From Fibrobacter succinogenes subsp. succinogenes S85 (GTDB lineage: Bacteria > Fibrobacterota > Fibrobacteria > Fibrobacterales > Fibrobacteraceae): DNA of 32,000 bases. The notes under the pieces were generated by a model. It saw only the letters and a list, made by a program, of their open reading frames with translations, searched no databases and had not been told where the DNA came from. Shown here one piece after another: positions 7,341-15,518 of this stretch; the first letter of the stretch is position 1, and the number at the start of each line of letters is the position of its first letter. The translations under genes and the position numbers were made by a program. The stretch is from contig NC_017448.1 of assembly GCF_000146505.1 (NCBI RefSeq), positions 3,810,001 to 3,842,000 on the forward strand, written 5' to 3'.

Positions 7341-7446
7341 CTGCTTGAGTTGGTGGTTGGCTTTATTTGTCAACCATTGAAAAATTTTTTTGCGAAACTT
7401 TTTGTATATATTACTAAAGGTCACCTTTAAAAATAGTTTGGTTCCT

Positions 7447-9195
7447 ATGCTCCTAGAAAAAATCAAGTCCCCTGCCGACGTGAAAGCGTTGGACATCAAG
7501 AGTCTCGAACAGCTTGCCGCCGAAATGCGCACAGCACTCCTTAAAAAGCTTTCTAAGCGTGGCGGTCACGTGGCGCCGAACCTCGGATTTGTAGAAGGGA
7601 CGATTGCGCTCCACTACGTTTTCGATTCTCCGAGGGACAAGATTGTCTATGACGTGAGCCACCAGAGCTACAGCCACAAGATGCTCACGGGTCGTGCCCA
7701 GGCATTCTTGGAAGAATCGCATTATGGCGATGTGACGGGCTATAGCGAACCGACCGAAAGTGAACACGATTTTTTCATGGTGGGGCATACCTCTACGTCG
7801 GTGAGCCTTGCGCTTGGCCTTGCAACTGCGCGCGATGTGTTGCGTGAATCGGGCAATGTGATTGCTGTAATTGGTGACGGTTCCTTGAGCGGTGGCGAAG
7901 CGTTTGAAGGTCTTGATAATGCTGGCGAATACGCTACGAATTTTATCGTTGTGGTGAACGATAACGAAATGTCCATTGCCGAAAACCACGGTGGTCTTTA
8001 CAAGTCTTTGGCGGAACTCCGCACGACTGCGGGCAAGTCCGAAAACAATTACTTTAAGTCGCTTGGCTTTGATTACAAGTATCTTGAACAAGGTAATGAT
8101 ATCGCTTCGCTCATTGAAATTTTCAAGTCCGTGAAAAATTCGACGCGCCCGGTCGTGGTGCATCTGCATACGCAAAAAGGCCGTGGCTATTCCTATGCCG
8201 AACAGAACCGCGAAGGCTGGCATTGGGCGGCTCCGTTCAATATCGAAACTAGCGAAATCAACTGGGGTAGTGGCGAAAATTACGGTGAAATTCTCGGCCT
8301 TTACCTCATGGCAAAAATCAAGAGTGATCCGAAGGTTGTCGTGATCCATTCTGCTGTTCCGGCGGGAATAGGCTTCTATGAAGCTCGACGTAAAGAGGCT
8401 GGCAAGCAGTACATAGATGTGGGTATCGCTGAAGAACATGCGGTGGCTCTTGCATCCGGGCTTGCAAAGGGTGGCGCTAAGCCGATTTATAGTACGCATG
8501 GAACATTCATCCAGCGTACGTACGACCAGCTTTCGCAAGACTTGTGCGCGAACAATAATCCCGCTACGATTCTCGTGACGATGTCTGGTGCCGATGGCAT
8601 GAACGATACGACGCACCTCTGCATCTTTGATATCCCGATGCTTTCGAACATCCCGAATTTGGTTTATCTTTGCCCGACATGCGTCGAAGAATTCAAGACG
8701 ATGGCGGACTGGGCGATTGACCAGACGGAACATCCGGTGGCGATTCGCGTGCCGAACGCTGTACATCACCGCAGCGATATTTTCGAGAAGGATTACTCCA
8801 GACTCAACAAGTTTAAGGTCGTGCATCGTGGCGAGCGTGTGGCATTGATCGGTCTTGGCGATTTCTACCAGCGGGCCGCAGCTGTGGCGCTTGAACTGCG
8901 TCGCGAAGGCATTGATGCAACGCTTGTGAATCCGCGTTATGCAAGCGGTGTGGATAAGGACTTGCTTTTGGAACTTGCAAAGACTCACGATGTGTTTGTC
9001 ACGCTCGAAAATGGCGTGATCGAGGGTGGTTTTGGTCAAAAAGTTGCGACAGCTCTTGGTGATACTTGCGCGAAGGTGCTTGTGCGCGGGCTTTCCAAGG
9101 AGTTCTACGACAAGGTGAGCTTTGCGGATCTCTGTGAGAAAAATCACTTGAATCCATCGCAGGTCGCAAAAGACGTGATGCAGCTCCTATCGTAA
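7447..9195 (+). CDS. dxs: 1-deoxy-D-xylulose-5-phosphate synthase family protein (divergent subtype)
   Basis: The N-terminus MLLEKIKSPADVKALDIKSLEQLAAEMR...GGHVAPNLG and the ThDP motif GDGSLSGGEAFEGLDNAG...VVVNDNEMSI match the DXS architecture. However, it has VSHQSYSHK and GHTSTS where canonical DXS has VGHQAYxHK and GHSSTS. I prefer ATG 7447 to the tracked TTG 7390. Confidence 0.8.
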   Translation: MLLEKIKSPADVKALDIKSLEQLAAEMRTALLKKLSKRGGHVAPNLGFVEGTIALHYVFDSPRDKIVYDVSHQSYSHKMLTGRAQAFLEESHYGDVTGYSEPTESEHDFFMVGHTSTSVSLALGLATARDVLRESGNVIAVIGDGSLSGGEAFEGLDNAGEYATNFIVVVNDNEMSIAENHGGLYKSLAELRTTAGKSENNYFKSLGFDYKYLEQGNDIASLIEIFKSVKNSTRPVVVHLHTQKGRGYSYAEQNREGWHWAAPFNIETSEINWGSGENYGEILGLYLMAKIKSDPKVVVIHSAVPAGIGFYEARRKEAGKQYIDVGIAEEHAVALASGLAKGGAKPIYSTHGTFIQRTYDQLSQDLCANNNPATILVTMSGADGMNDTTHLCIFDIPMLSNIPNLVYLCPTCVEEFKTMADWAIDQTEHPVAIRVPNAVHHRSDIFEKDYSRLNKFKVVHRGERVALIGLGDFYQRAAAVALELRREGIDATLVNPRYASGVDKDLLLELAKTHDVFVTLENGVIEGGFGQKVATALGDTCAKVLVRGLSKEFYDKVSFADLCEKNHLNPSQVAKDVMQLLS

Positions 9196-9231
9196 TGACC
9201 GAGCGTCGCTAATTTTAGTATTATGTAGCTC

Positions 9232-10395
9232 ATGAAAAAAGTTAAAATAATCGTCATGATTATTCCGCTGGTGCTTTTCTTTATTGCATCGGCGGTTTAT
9301 GTGTATTTTGCGAATGCCGAAGCGATGCACGATGTGATATTGGATAGCACGTCAAAAATTGATGTGGATCCCGATATTATTGAAAAGTCCCTGTCTAAAG
9401 TGCAAGTGGACATGGAACTCGGCGAGCCTTTTAAAGTTTACCCGATTGAAACGAGCCCCGATAGCGAGGTAGTTTTCCGCTCGACGTTGATTGAGTATCC
9501 GTTTGGGAGTTCTCCGCGTGCGGATTCGCAGAATAACGTGAGCTTGCGTGGTATCATCTTGTACGTGCATGGCTACAACGACTATTATTTCCAGAAGGAA
9601 CTTGCCGAAAAGGCGGACTCTGCGGGCTTTGCATTCTTTGCGATTGATTTGCACTATTGCGGACGCTCGTATGTGGATGGTGACCCGCGTGGTGACATGC
9701 GTAATATCAAGGAGTTTTACGCCGAACTTGATGTCGCTGTAGAACTCAGCAAAAAAATTGCAGTGGACGATTACGAAGAGGCGGAACGCGTTCCGTTTGT
9801 GATTGTGGCGCATTCCCAGGGTGGTTTGATTTCGTCGCTTTACGTGAATGACCGCAATGATGAACATTTTGCAGCGCTTGTGCTCAATAGCCCGTTCTTG
9901 GATATGAACTTTAATTGGTTCCTGCGTAAGATCGGCCTTCCGATTCTTGCGGATTTGTCGATATTCCTGCCGGATTTTTCCGTCGGTTCTACGGGAAATC
10001 CCAACTATGCCTACTCCCTTTTGAAACATGAAAAGGGCGAATGGGAGTACAACGAAAATTTGAAGAGTGAATCGCGCCCGACGCAATATTTAGGCTGGCT
10101 CCGTGCGATTATGAATGGTCAAAAGCGTGTTCACTCCAAGCTTGATATTAAGTCTCCGGTGCTTGTGATGAATAGCGATTGCACTGCAGATGGCGACGAA
10201 TGGACGGACGATTACATGCATTGCGATGGCGTATTGAACGTGGAACATATTCAGGAATGGGCTCCGAATTTGGGCGAAAAGGTGACGACGCGTACAATTC
10301 CCGATGGCTTGCACGACTTGTTCCTCTCTCGCAAGGATGTTCGCGATAAGGCTTACCAAGAAGCGTTTAGCTTTATCGATGCCCATGTGAAATAA
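9232..10395 (+). CDS. Membrane-anchored alpha/beta hydrolase (lysophospholipase / monoacylglycerol-lipase-like)
   Basis: N-terminal TM helix, HGYNDY oxyanion-region motif, nucleophile elbow AHSQGG, and a C-terminal DGLHD histidine region. Confidence 0.75.
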   Translation: MKKVKIIVMIIPLVLFFIASAVYVYFANAEAMHDVILDSTSKIDVDPDIIEKSLSKVQVDMELGEPFKVYPIETSPDSEVVFRSTLIEYPFGSSPRADSQNNVSLRGIILYVHGYNDYYFQKELAEKADSAGFAFFAIDLHYCGRSYVDGDPRGDMRNIKEFYAELDVAVELSKKIAVDDYEEAERVPFVIVAHSQGGLISSLYVNDRNDEHFAALVLNSPFLDMNFNWFLRKIGLPILADLSIFLPDFSVGSTGNPNYAYSLLKHEKGEWEYNENLKSESRPTQYLGWLRAIMNGQKRVHSKLDIKSPVLVMNSDCTADGDEWTDDYMHCDGVLNVEHIQEWAPNLGEKVTTRTIPDGLHDLFLSRKDVRDKAYQEAFSFIDAHVK

Positions 10396-10431
10396 GTTAT
10401 CTTTTACTTTGTATTTTTAAGGAGTTTTTAA

Positions 10432-10872
10432 ATGAATAAGTTATTGGCTATTTCTTTCTGTGCAATGTTACTTACGACGGCTTGCAATTCTTCTGAAGAA
10501 CCGAAGCCGCAGGCTGTTGCTAAAAAGGTCGAGGCAGTTCAGCCCGCCGCAGCTGTTGTTGAACAGAAAGTAGCTCCGATTACGACTGTGGATTGGCAGA
10601 AGGCTTTTGAAATGCATAAGGCTGGTGCAGTCCTTATTGACGTGCGTACTCCGGCCGAAGTGGCAAAGGGTATGGCCGCTGCAACTGCAATCAACATTCC
10701 GCTTCAGGAAATGCCGCAGCGCTTGAGCGAATTCCCGAAGGATAAGGACTTGCTGATTTACTGCCGCAGTGGCAAGCGTAGCATGGCCGCTTCCAAGTTC
10801 CTCGTTGAAAACGGTTACACCCGTGTGTTCAACGTCGAAGGTGGCATCCTCGCTCTCCCGCCGCAGAATTAA
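10432..10872 (+). CDS. Rhodanese-domain sulfurtransferase, lipoprotein
   Basis: Lipobox LTTAC. The active-site loop CRSGKRS follows LLIYC, the classic single rhodanese domain pattern. A strong SD (AAGGAG) lies upstream. Confidence 0.85.
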   Translation: MNKLLAISFCAMLLTTACNSSEEPKPQAVAKKVEAVQPAAAVVEQKVAPITTVDWQKAFEMHKAGAVLIDVRTPAEVAKGMAAATAINIPLQEMPQRLSEFPKDKDLLIYCRSGKRSMAASKFLVENGYTRVFNVEGGILALPPQN

Positions 10873-10881
10873 TTTTTTTGA

Positions 10882-12147
10882 ATGACTCCAGAAATCACAA
10901 ACTTCATGCAGTTTGCCTTAGAGCAAGCTTTCTTTGCGATTGGCGAGAGCCGCCCGAATCCGGCGGTCGGTGCCGTAGTCGTCAAAGATGGAATTGTCGT
11001 GGGGAAGGGGCGCACGCAGCGTCCTGGGAGTGCTCATGCCGAAGTCATGGCATTACGCGATGCGGGAGAACTCGCTCGCGGAGCCTCTATTTTTGTGACT
11101 CTGGAACCGTGTTGCCATTACGGTCGCACGCCGCCTTGCACCAAGGCGATTATTGAAGCGGGAATTCAGAAAGTCTATTTTGCACATTCCGACCCGAATC
11201 CTGTGGTGCATGGGAAATCTCGCAAGATTCTTGAAGAGGCGGGTGTTGAAGTTCACGAGGGCGTGGACGCTTGCATTCTCGCTTGCGTCGAGGATTGCTC
11301 GAACGGTGAATCTTGTACGGAATGCCGCGTCTTTGAGTTTACGAGCTCGTTGCCGTTGGATAAAGCTTCTCGTGAAGCCGAAGGTCTAGCGGTCTTTGCC
11401 GAAGTGGAACGCTATTTTGAAGCGTATGATTATTTTGTAAGCACCAAGCGCACCTTTGTGGAAGTCAAGTCTGCTGTTTCTCAGGATGGCTTTATGGGCT
11501 GCGTGGATAAGGCGGGGAACCATTTGCCGCTAGCAATTACAAAACAAGGCGCAAACTGTTGGAATCATGAACTCCGTGCGATGAGTGATGCTGTTCTTGT
11601 TGGTGCGGGCACGCTCCTTGCCGATAACCCGGGCCTTGACGTGCGTTATGCCGCAGGCAACAATCCTGTGAAAATCGTCTGGGCGGGGCATCACGAATTT
11701 ACTGCTGATGAAATTTCGCGTTTGAAAATTTTCAGTGCTAGTGATGCTAAGCCTATCGTGTTTTCGTGCGTGGCGCAACCGAAATTGCTGAACGTTGCGG
11801 AGTGCGTTATACTCTTAAACGATTCTTTTGCCGAAAACTGGCGTGCGATGGTTGATGATTTGTCTGCTCGTGGAATGCACCGCCTGATGGTTGAACCCGG
11901 CGCTGGCCTTGCCCGTGAACTGTTCAATGGCGCGGCAGTCGCGCAGTCGCAAAATGCGCAGCCTTTATGGAACCGCCTTGATCTTTGGCGCTCCACCGAT
12001 TCTTCTGTTGATATTGCCCTTGAAAATCTCATCGAGTCTGGCGCCGTCAAGGCTGGCCTTGAATACCCCGAATTGCCCGCTAACATCGTTGCCAAAGAAT
12101 CCGCCGTCATCGGCCCCGATGTCTTGACCGTGTATTATCCGGGGTAG
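10882..12147 (+). CDS. ribD: Bifunctional riboflavin biosynthesis protein RibD (pyrimidine deaminase / uracil reductase), with an extra Cys-rich insert
   Basis: CDA-fold zinc motifs HAEVMAL and LEPCCHYGRTPPC, then the reductase domain (KSAVSQDG...). At 421 aa it is longer than the usual approximately 360-370 aa. Confidence 0.9.
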   Translation: MTPEITNFMQFALEQAFFAIGESRPNPAVGAVVVKDGIVVGKGRTQRPGSAHAEVMALRDAGELARGASIFVTLEPCCHYGRTPPCTKAIIEAGIQKVYFAHSDPNPVVHGKSRKILEEAGVEVHEGVDACILACVEDCSNGESCTECRVFEFTSSLPLDKASREAEGLAVFAEVERYFEAYDYFVSTKRTFVEVKSAVSQDGFMGCVDKAGNHLPLAITKQGANCWNHELRAMSDAVLVGAGTLLADNPGLDVRYAAGNNPVKIVWAGHHEFTADEISRLKIFSASDAKPIVFSCVAQPKLLNVAECVILLNDSFAENWRAMVDDLSARGMHRLMVEPGAGLARELFNGAAVAQSQNAQPLWNRLDLWRSTDSSVDIALENLIESGAVKAGLEYPELPANIVAKESAVIGPDVLTVYYPG

Positions 12148-12150
12148 TGT

Positions 12151-13059
12151 ATGAAGTTTCTCGCAGCCCTAATTTTATTCCTTGTGGCTTGCGCATTTTC
12201 TGATAATACGCAATACGAATGGACTGATGAAAATGGCTGTTCGTATTGCCTTTATGGACGTATAGAAAATGGGAAATGCGTGCATCCCGCAAAGGAAAGT
12301 TGGGGTGGTTATTCTTCCTTTTTTTATTTATTGAAAACTAGAAAAATAGAAAATAATTTTTTCGTGGTTGATTATCCTTTCAGCCCGAAGTTCCATGTCT
12401 ATTGTGAAAATGAAGCCGATTATTGCAAGACGATAAACGATTCTATGGCTAAAAAGTTGATGCCGTCTTTGAAGGATCGAAAATCCTTGTGTAATGAACA
12501 ACGTAAAAAGACTGAAAATACGGGCATGTTTTACGATATGCCTATACCTCGTGAAGATGTAGAGTTCCGCTGCGATTTTGTGAAGTTTAATAATAAAAAA
12601 TCATTCCTTGAAGTTTTGGATACTGGAATTTGCCCAGTTCGTGCGAATGCAGGCTTAATGGGGAGCCAGCGTACAAAGACTTTTTTATGGGGTAATTTTA
12701 ATGTGGTAAAGAGAAAGGGTGAGTTTTGGATAGATGATGATCAACTCTTTCTTCAATCAACTGATCGTCAACAGCGTCAAATAAAAAAATTTGTTGTTAG
12801 GAAAGCCTTTTTTACCCTCGGCGAATGTTCCCTTTCAAATTGCGAAATTCTGAATTATGTCGGAGAACAACTTCAGGATTTCGATATCAAATGCAACTTT
12901 ATTAAAAAGAAGGATAACGAGGGGAATGTGACAGTCCTTGCAGAGGGCGTTTGCCCCATAGAAATCTTGGATAAGGACGGCAAAAAGCAGGTATATCGAG
13001 TACGCTCCGTTAAAGACGGTGACTCCTATAAACTGATAATGACCAATAAGCAAAAATAA
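12151..13059 (+). CDS. Hypothetical Cys-rich lipoprotein with an internal duplication, embedded in the rib operon
   Basis: Lipobox LVAC. It is AT-rich compared with its neighbours and starts 3 nt after the ribD stop. The internal repeat is FRCDFVKFNNKKSFLEVLDTGICPV versus IKCNFIKKKDNEGNVTVLAEGVCPI. Confidence 0.75.
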   Translation: MKFLAALILFLVACAFSDNTQYEWTDENGCSYCLYGRIENGKCVHPAKESWGGYSSFFYLLKTRKIENNFFVVDYPFSPKFHVYCENEADYCKTINDSMAKKLMPSLKDRKSLCNEQRKKTENTGMFYDMPIPREDVEFRCDFVKFNNKKSFLEVLDTGICPVRANAGLMGSQRTKTFLWGNFNVVKRKGEFWIDDDQLFLQSTDRQQRQIKKFVVRKAFFTLGECSLSNCEILNYVGEQLQDFDIKCNFIKKKDNEGNVTVLAEGVCPIEILDKDGKKQVYRVRSVKDGDSYKLIMTNKQK

Positions 13060-13113
13060 TCCGCCTTTTACCCCTATCAATAACCTGCACTTTCCTTCCT
13101 ACTGTCTACTTTT

Positions 13114-13143
13114 CTATATGGCACTCCTTTGGAGTGCATATAG
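13114..13143 (+). promoter_or_regulatory. Near-perfect 13-bp-stem hairpin (CTATATGGCACTCC-ttt-GGAGTGCATATAG) upstream of ribE
   Basis: The inverted repeat was read directly and has one bulged G. No function is known. Confidence 0.4.
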
Positions 13144-13157
13144 TGCGGCTCGGCCAT

Positions 13158-13197
13158 GCCAACGCAATACTTGTGTTGGCGCGGCGCTCGCCTTTTT
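13158..13197 (+). terminator. Putative intrinsic terminator region after the lipoprotein gene
   Basis: Hairpin GCCAAC...GTTGGC (13158-13180), then the short GC stem GGCG-cggcgct-CGCC followed by TTTTT (13193-13197). Confidence 0.4.
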
Positions 13198-13213
13198 CTA
13201 TATTTGCCCGCGT

Positions 13214-13813
13214 ATGTTTACGGGTATAATTCAAGCAACCGGCGAAATCATTTCCCTCGAAAATAGGGGAGACGCGCTTACCATGCGCATGAAGTCGCCG
13301 GGATTCTTCAAAAACAGCAAACTGGGCGACAGCATTGCCAATAACGGCGTGTGCCTCTCCGTTGAAAACTGTACCGATGACGAAGCAACGTTCTGTCTCA
13401 TGCACCAGACCGTCGTGAATACGTCCTTCCAGCAGGCAAAAGTCGGGGATCTCGTGAATCTCGAGTATCCTTGTCGCGCCGATAGCTTTATGGGCGGTCA
13501 CTTTGTGATGGGGCATGTGGACTGCACTACCGAAGTCTTGCGCGTTACTCCGCGCGAAACGGGCGTGGAAGTCGATTTGGCTCTGCCAGCTGACTTGCGT
13601 CGCTATGTCATCCGTCGTGGATCCATCACCTTAAACGGTATTAGCCTTACGGTGGCCGAAAAAGGGGAGGATTACATCCGCGTCTGCATTATCCCCGAGA
13701 CCTTAGCCCGCACGAATCTCAGGAACTGGGTGCCTGGCACCGTGGTGAATGTGGAAGTCGATATGCTCGGCAAATATATTGAAAACTATCTAAAGGAACG
13801 TGACCTTGCTTAA
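13214..13813 (+). CDS. ribE: Riboflavin synthase (alpha subunit)
   Basis: [12 protein letters not shown] is the canonical N-terminus. The two lumazine-binding repeats are present (NGVCLSV... and NGISLTV...). The true start is ATG 13214, inside the longer tracked ORF. Confidence 0.9.
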   Translation: MFTGIIQATGEIISLENRGDALTMRMKSPGFFKNSKLGDSIANNGVCLSVENCTDDEATFCLMHQTVVNTSFQQAKVGDLVNLEYPCRADSFMGGHFVMGHVDCTTEVLRVTPRETGVEVDLALPADLRRYVIRRGSITLNGISLTVAEKGEDYIRVCIIPETLARTNLRNWVPGTVVNVEVDMLGKYIENYLKERDLA

Positions 13814-15047
13814 TACGATTGAAGAGGCCATTGAAGATTTCAAGAACGGTAAGTTCTTGGTCGTGGTTGATGACGAAGACCGTGAAAATGAGGGCGATTT
13901 CATTATCGCCGCCGAAAAGATTACACCGGAAAAGGTGAACTTCATGCTCCACGAGGGGCGTGGCGTGCTTTGCTGCCCGCTTCCGATTTCTCGCTGCCGC
14001 GAATTGAATCTCACGCGTCAGACTGCCGAAAACACTTCCATGCTCGGCACTCCGTTCACTGTCATGGTCGATAAGCTCGAAGGATGCACCACGGGTGTTT
14101 CTGCCCACGACCGTGCCGCAACGATCCAGGCTCTCGCCGATCCGAATTCCAAGCCCTCTGACTTTGGCCGTCCGGGTCACATTTCTCCGCTTTACGCCCA
14201 GGAAGAAGGCGTTTTGCGCCGTGCAGGCCACACCGAAGCCGCTGTGGACCTCGCCAAGCTCGCTGGTCTCCGCCCGGCTGCCGCCCTCATCGAAATCATG
14301 AACGAAGACGGTACGATGGCTCGTATGCCGCAGCTCCAGGAAGTCGCCAAGAAGTTCGACCTCAAGATTATCTCCATCCGCGACTTGATTGACTACCGCC
14401 TGAAAACGGAAAAGCTTGTGCAGCGCGTGGCCGCTCCGCACGTTTCGACCAAGTACGGCGATTTCACGGCTTATGCCTACCGCAGCAAGACCGATGGCGT
14501 CGAACATGTGGCCTGGGTTGCCGGTAATCCGGACTTCAGTAAGCCGGTTTATGTGCGTGTCCACAGCGAATGCCTCACGGGCGATATCTTTGGTAGCCTC
14601 CGTTGCGATTGCGGGGACCAGCTTGCCGCAGCCATGAAGTTCATTGGCGAACATGGCGGCGTGTTCCTCTACATGCGCGGTCAGGAAGGCCGTGGCATTG
14701 GTCTTTGCAACAAGCTCCGCGCGTACGAATTGCAAGAAAAGGGTATGGACACGGTCGAGGCGAACCTCCACCTTGGGTTCAAGTCCGACTTGCGTCAGTA
14801 CGGTACGGGCGCCCAGATTTTGGCAGACCTCGGCGTGAAGGAAATGCGACTCCTCACGAACAATCCGAGCAAGATTTCTGGCATTTCCGCTTACGGTCTC
14901 AAGATTGTGGAACGCGTGCCTATCGAAATCAAGCCCAACAACATCAACCGTTTTTACCTGCGCACCAAGAAAGAAAAGATGGGCCACGAGCTCCATCTCG
15001 ACAATGCAGATCATGGCGCAGCCGAAGTTTTAGATGAAGGAAAATAA
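13800..15047 (+). CDS. ribBA: Bifunctional 3,4-dihydroxy-2-butanone-4-phosphate synthase / GTP cyclohydrolase II
   Basis: [10 protein letters not shown] (DHBP synthase) and the RCDCG zinc motif with HSECLTGD (GCH II). The GTG start overlaps the ribE stop by 14 nt. Confidence 0.9.
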   Translation: MTLLNTIEEAIEDFKNGKFLVVVDDEDRENEGDFIIAAEKITPEKVNFMLHEGRGVLCCPLPISRCRELNLTRQTAENTSMLGTPFTVMVDKLEGCTTGVSAHDRAATIQALADPNSKPSDFGRPGHISPLYAQEEGVLRRAGHTEAAVDLAKLAGLRPAAALIEIMNEDGTMARMPQLQEVAKKFDLKIISIRDLIDYRLKTEKLVQRVAAPHVSTKYGDFTAYAYRSKTDGVEHVAWVAGNPDFSKPVYVRVHSECLTGDIFGSLRCDCGDQLAAAMKFIGEHGGVFLYMRGQEGRGIGLCNKLRAYELQEKGMDTVEANLHLGFKSDLRQYGTGAQILADLGVKEMRLLTNNPSKISGISAYGLKIVERVPIEIKPNNINRFYLRTKKEKMGHELHLDNADHGAAEVLDEGK

Positions 15048-15048
15048 G

Positions 15049-15516
15049 ATGAAAGAATTCAAAAATTCCCTCAATGGTTCTGGTTTGAAGGTCGCGATTG
15101 CTGTCGCCCGCTTCAATGAAGTAGTGACTGACCGCCTCCTTGAAGGCGCTGTCCGCGAACTTGAAACGCTCGGCGTCGATAGCGATGATATCGCTGTGGC
15201 TCATGTGCCGGGTGCATTTGAATTGCCGGGCCTCTGCCGCAGATTTGTGGATTCTGGCGATTACGATGCCGTGATTGCTCTCGGTGCCGTTATCCGTGGC
15301 GAAACGGGTCACTACGACGTGGTCGTGAACAACTCTACGGGCGGAATCGCATCGCTCGCTGCCGAAGGCAAGGTTCCGGTGATTCTCGGAATCTTGACGA
15401 CCGACACGGTTGACCAGGCGATGAACCGCGCAGGCCTCAAGGCTGGAAACCTCGGCTGCAACTGGGCAAGAACTGCCGTTGAAATGGTAAATCTTTACAA
15501 GCAGATTGGGAAATAA
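15049..15516 (+). CDS. ribH: 6,7-dimethyl-8-ribityllumazine synthase
   Basis: VARFNE...VPGAFELP...GAVIRGETGHYD are hallmark motifs. ATG 15049 is preceded by GAAGGA. An alternative start is 15034. Confidence 0.9.
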   Translation: MKEFKNSLNGSGLKVAIAVARFNEVVTDRLLEGAVRELETLGVDSDDIAVAHVPGAFELPGLCRRFVDSGDYDAVIALGAVIRGETGHYDVVVNNSTGGIASLAAEGKVPVILGILTTDTVDQAMNRAGLKAGNLGCNWARTAVEMVNLYKQIGK

Positions 15517-15518
15517 TT

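Noticed and set aside
334-7446. Interpretation of the island as an integron-like cassette array, with the intergenic repeats as attC sites
   Set aside because: No intI-type integrase is present. The repeats do not show the R''-L''/L'-R' imperfect palindrome organisation or the GTTRRRY core. Only some gene boundaries carry them. The idea is attractive because all genes share one orientation, but it is unsupported.
334-7446. Prophage, transposon or ICE origin of the AT-rich island
   Set aside because: I recognise no integrase, transposase, terminal inverted repeats, tRNA target or phage structural genes.
7390-7446. TTG start at 7390 for the dxs-like gene, as given in the ORF track
   Set aside because: The DXS-like N-terminus (MLLEKIKSPADV...) begins at ATG 7447. 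The upstream 19 codons overlap the extended mini-ORF region in another frame and do not look like part of DXS.
7453-9147. 564-aa ORF on the - strand, antisense to the dxs-like gene
   Set aside because: It is a shadow ORF of a moderately GC-rich gene. The translation is Arg/His/Phe-rich with no recognisable motif, whereas the + strand frame carries complete DXS motifs.
10396-10881. Search for an FMN (RFN) riboswitch upstream of the rib genes (also 13060-13213)
   Set aside because: I could not find the conserved RFN core strings by eye. The space before ribD is only 9 nt. A covariance-model scan is still needed to be certain.
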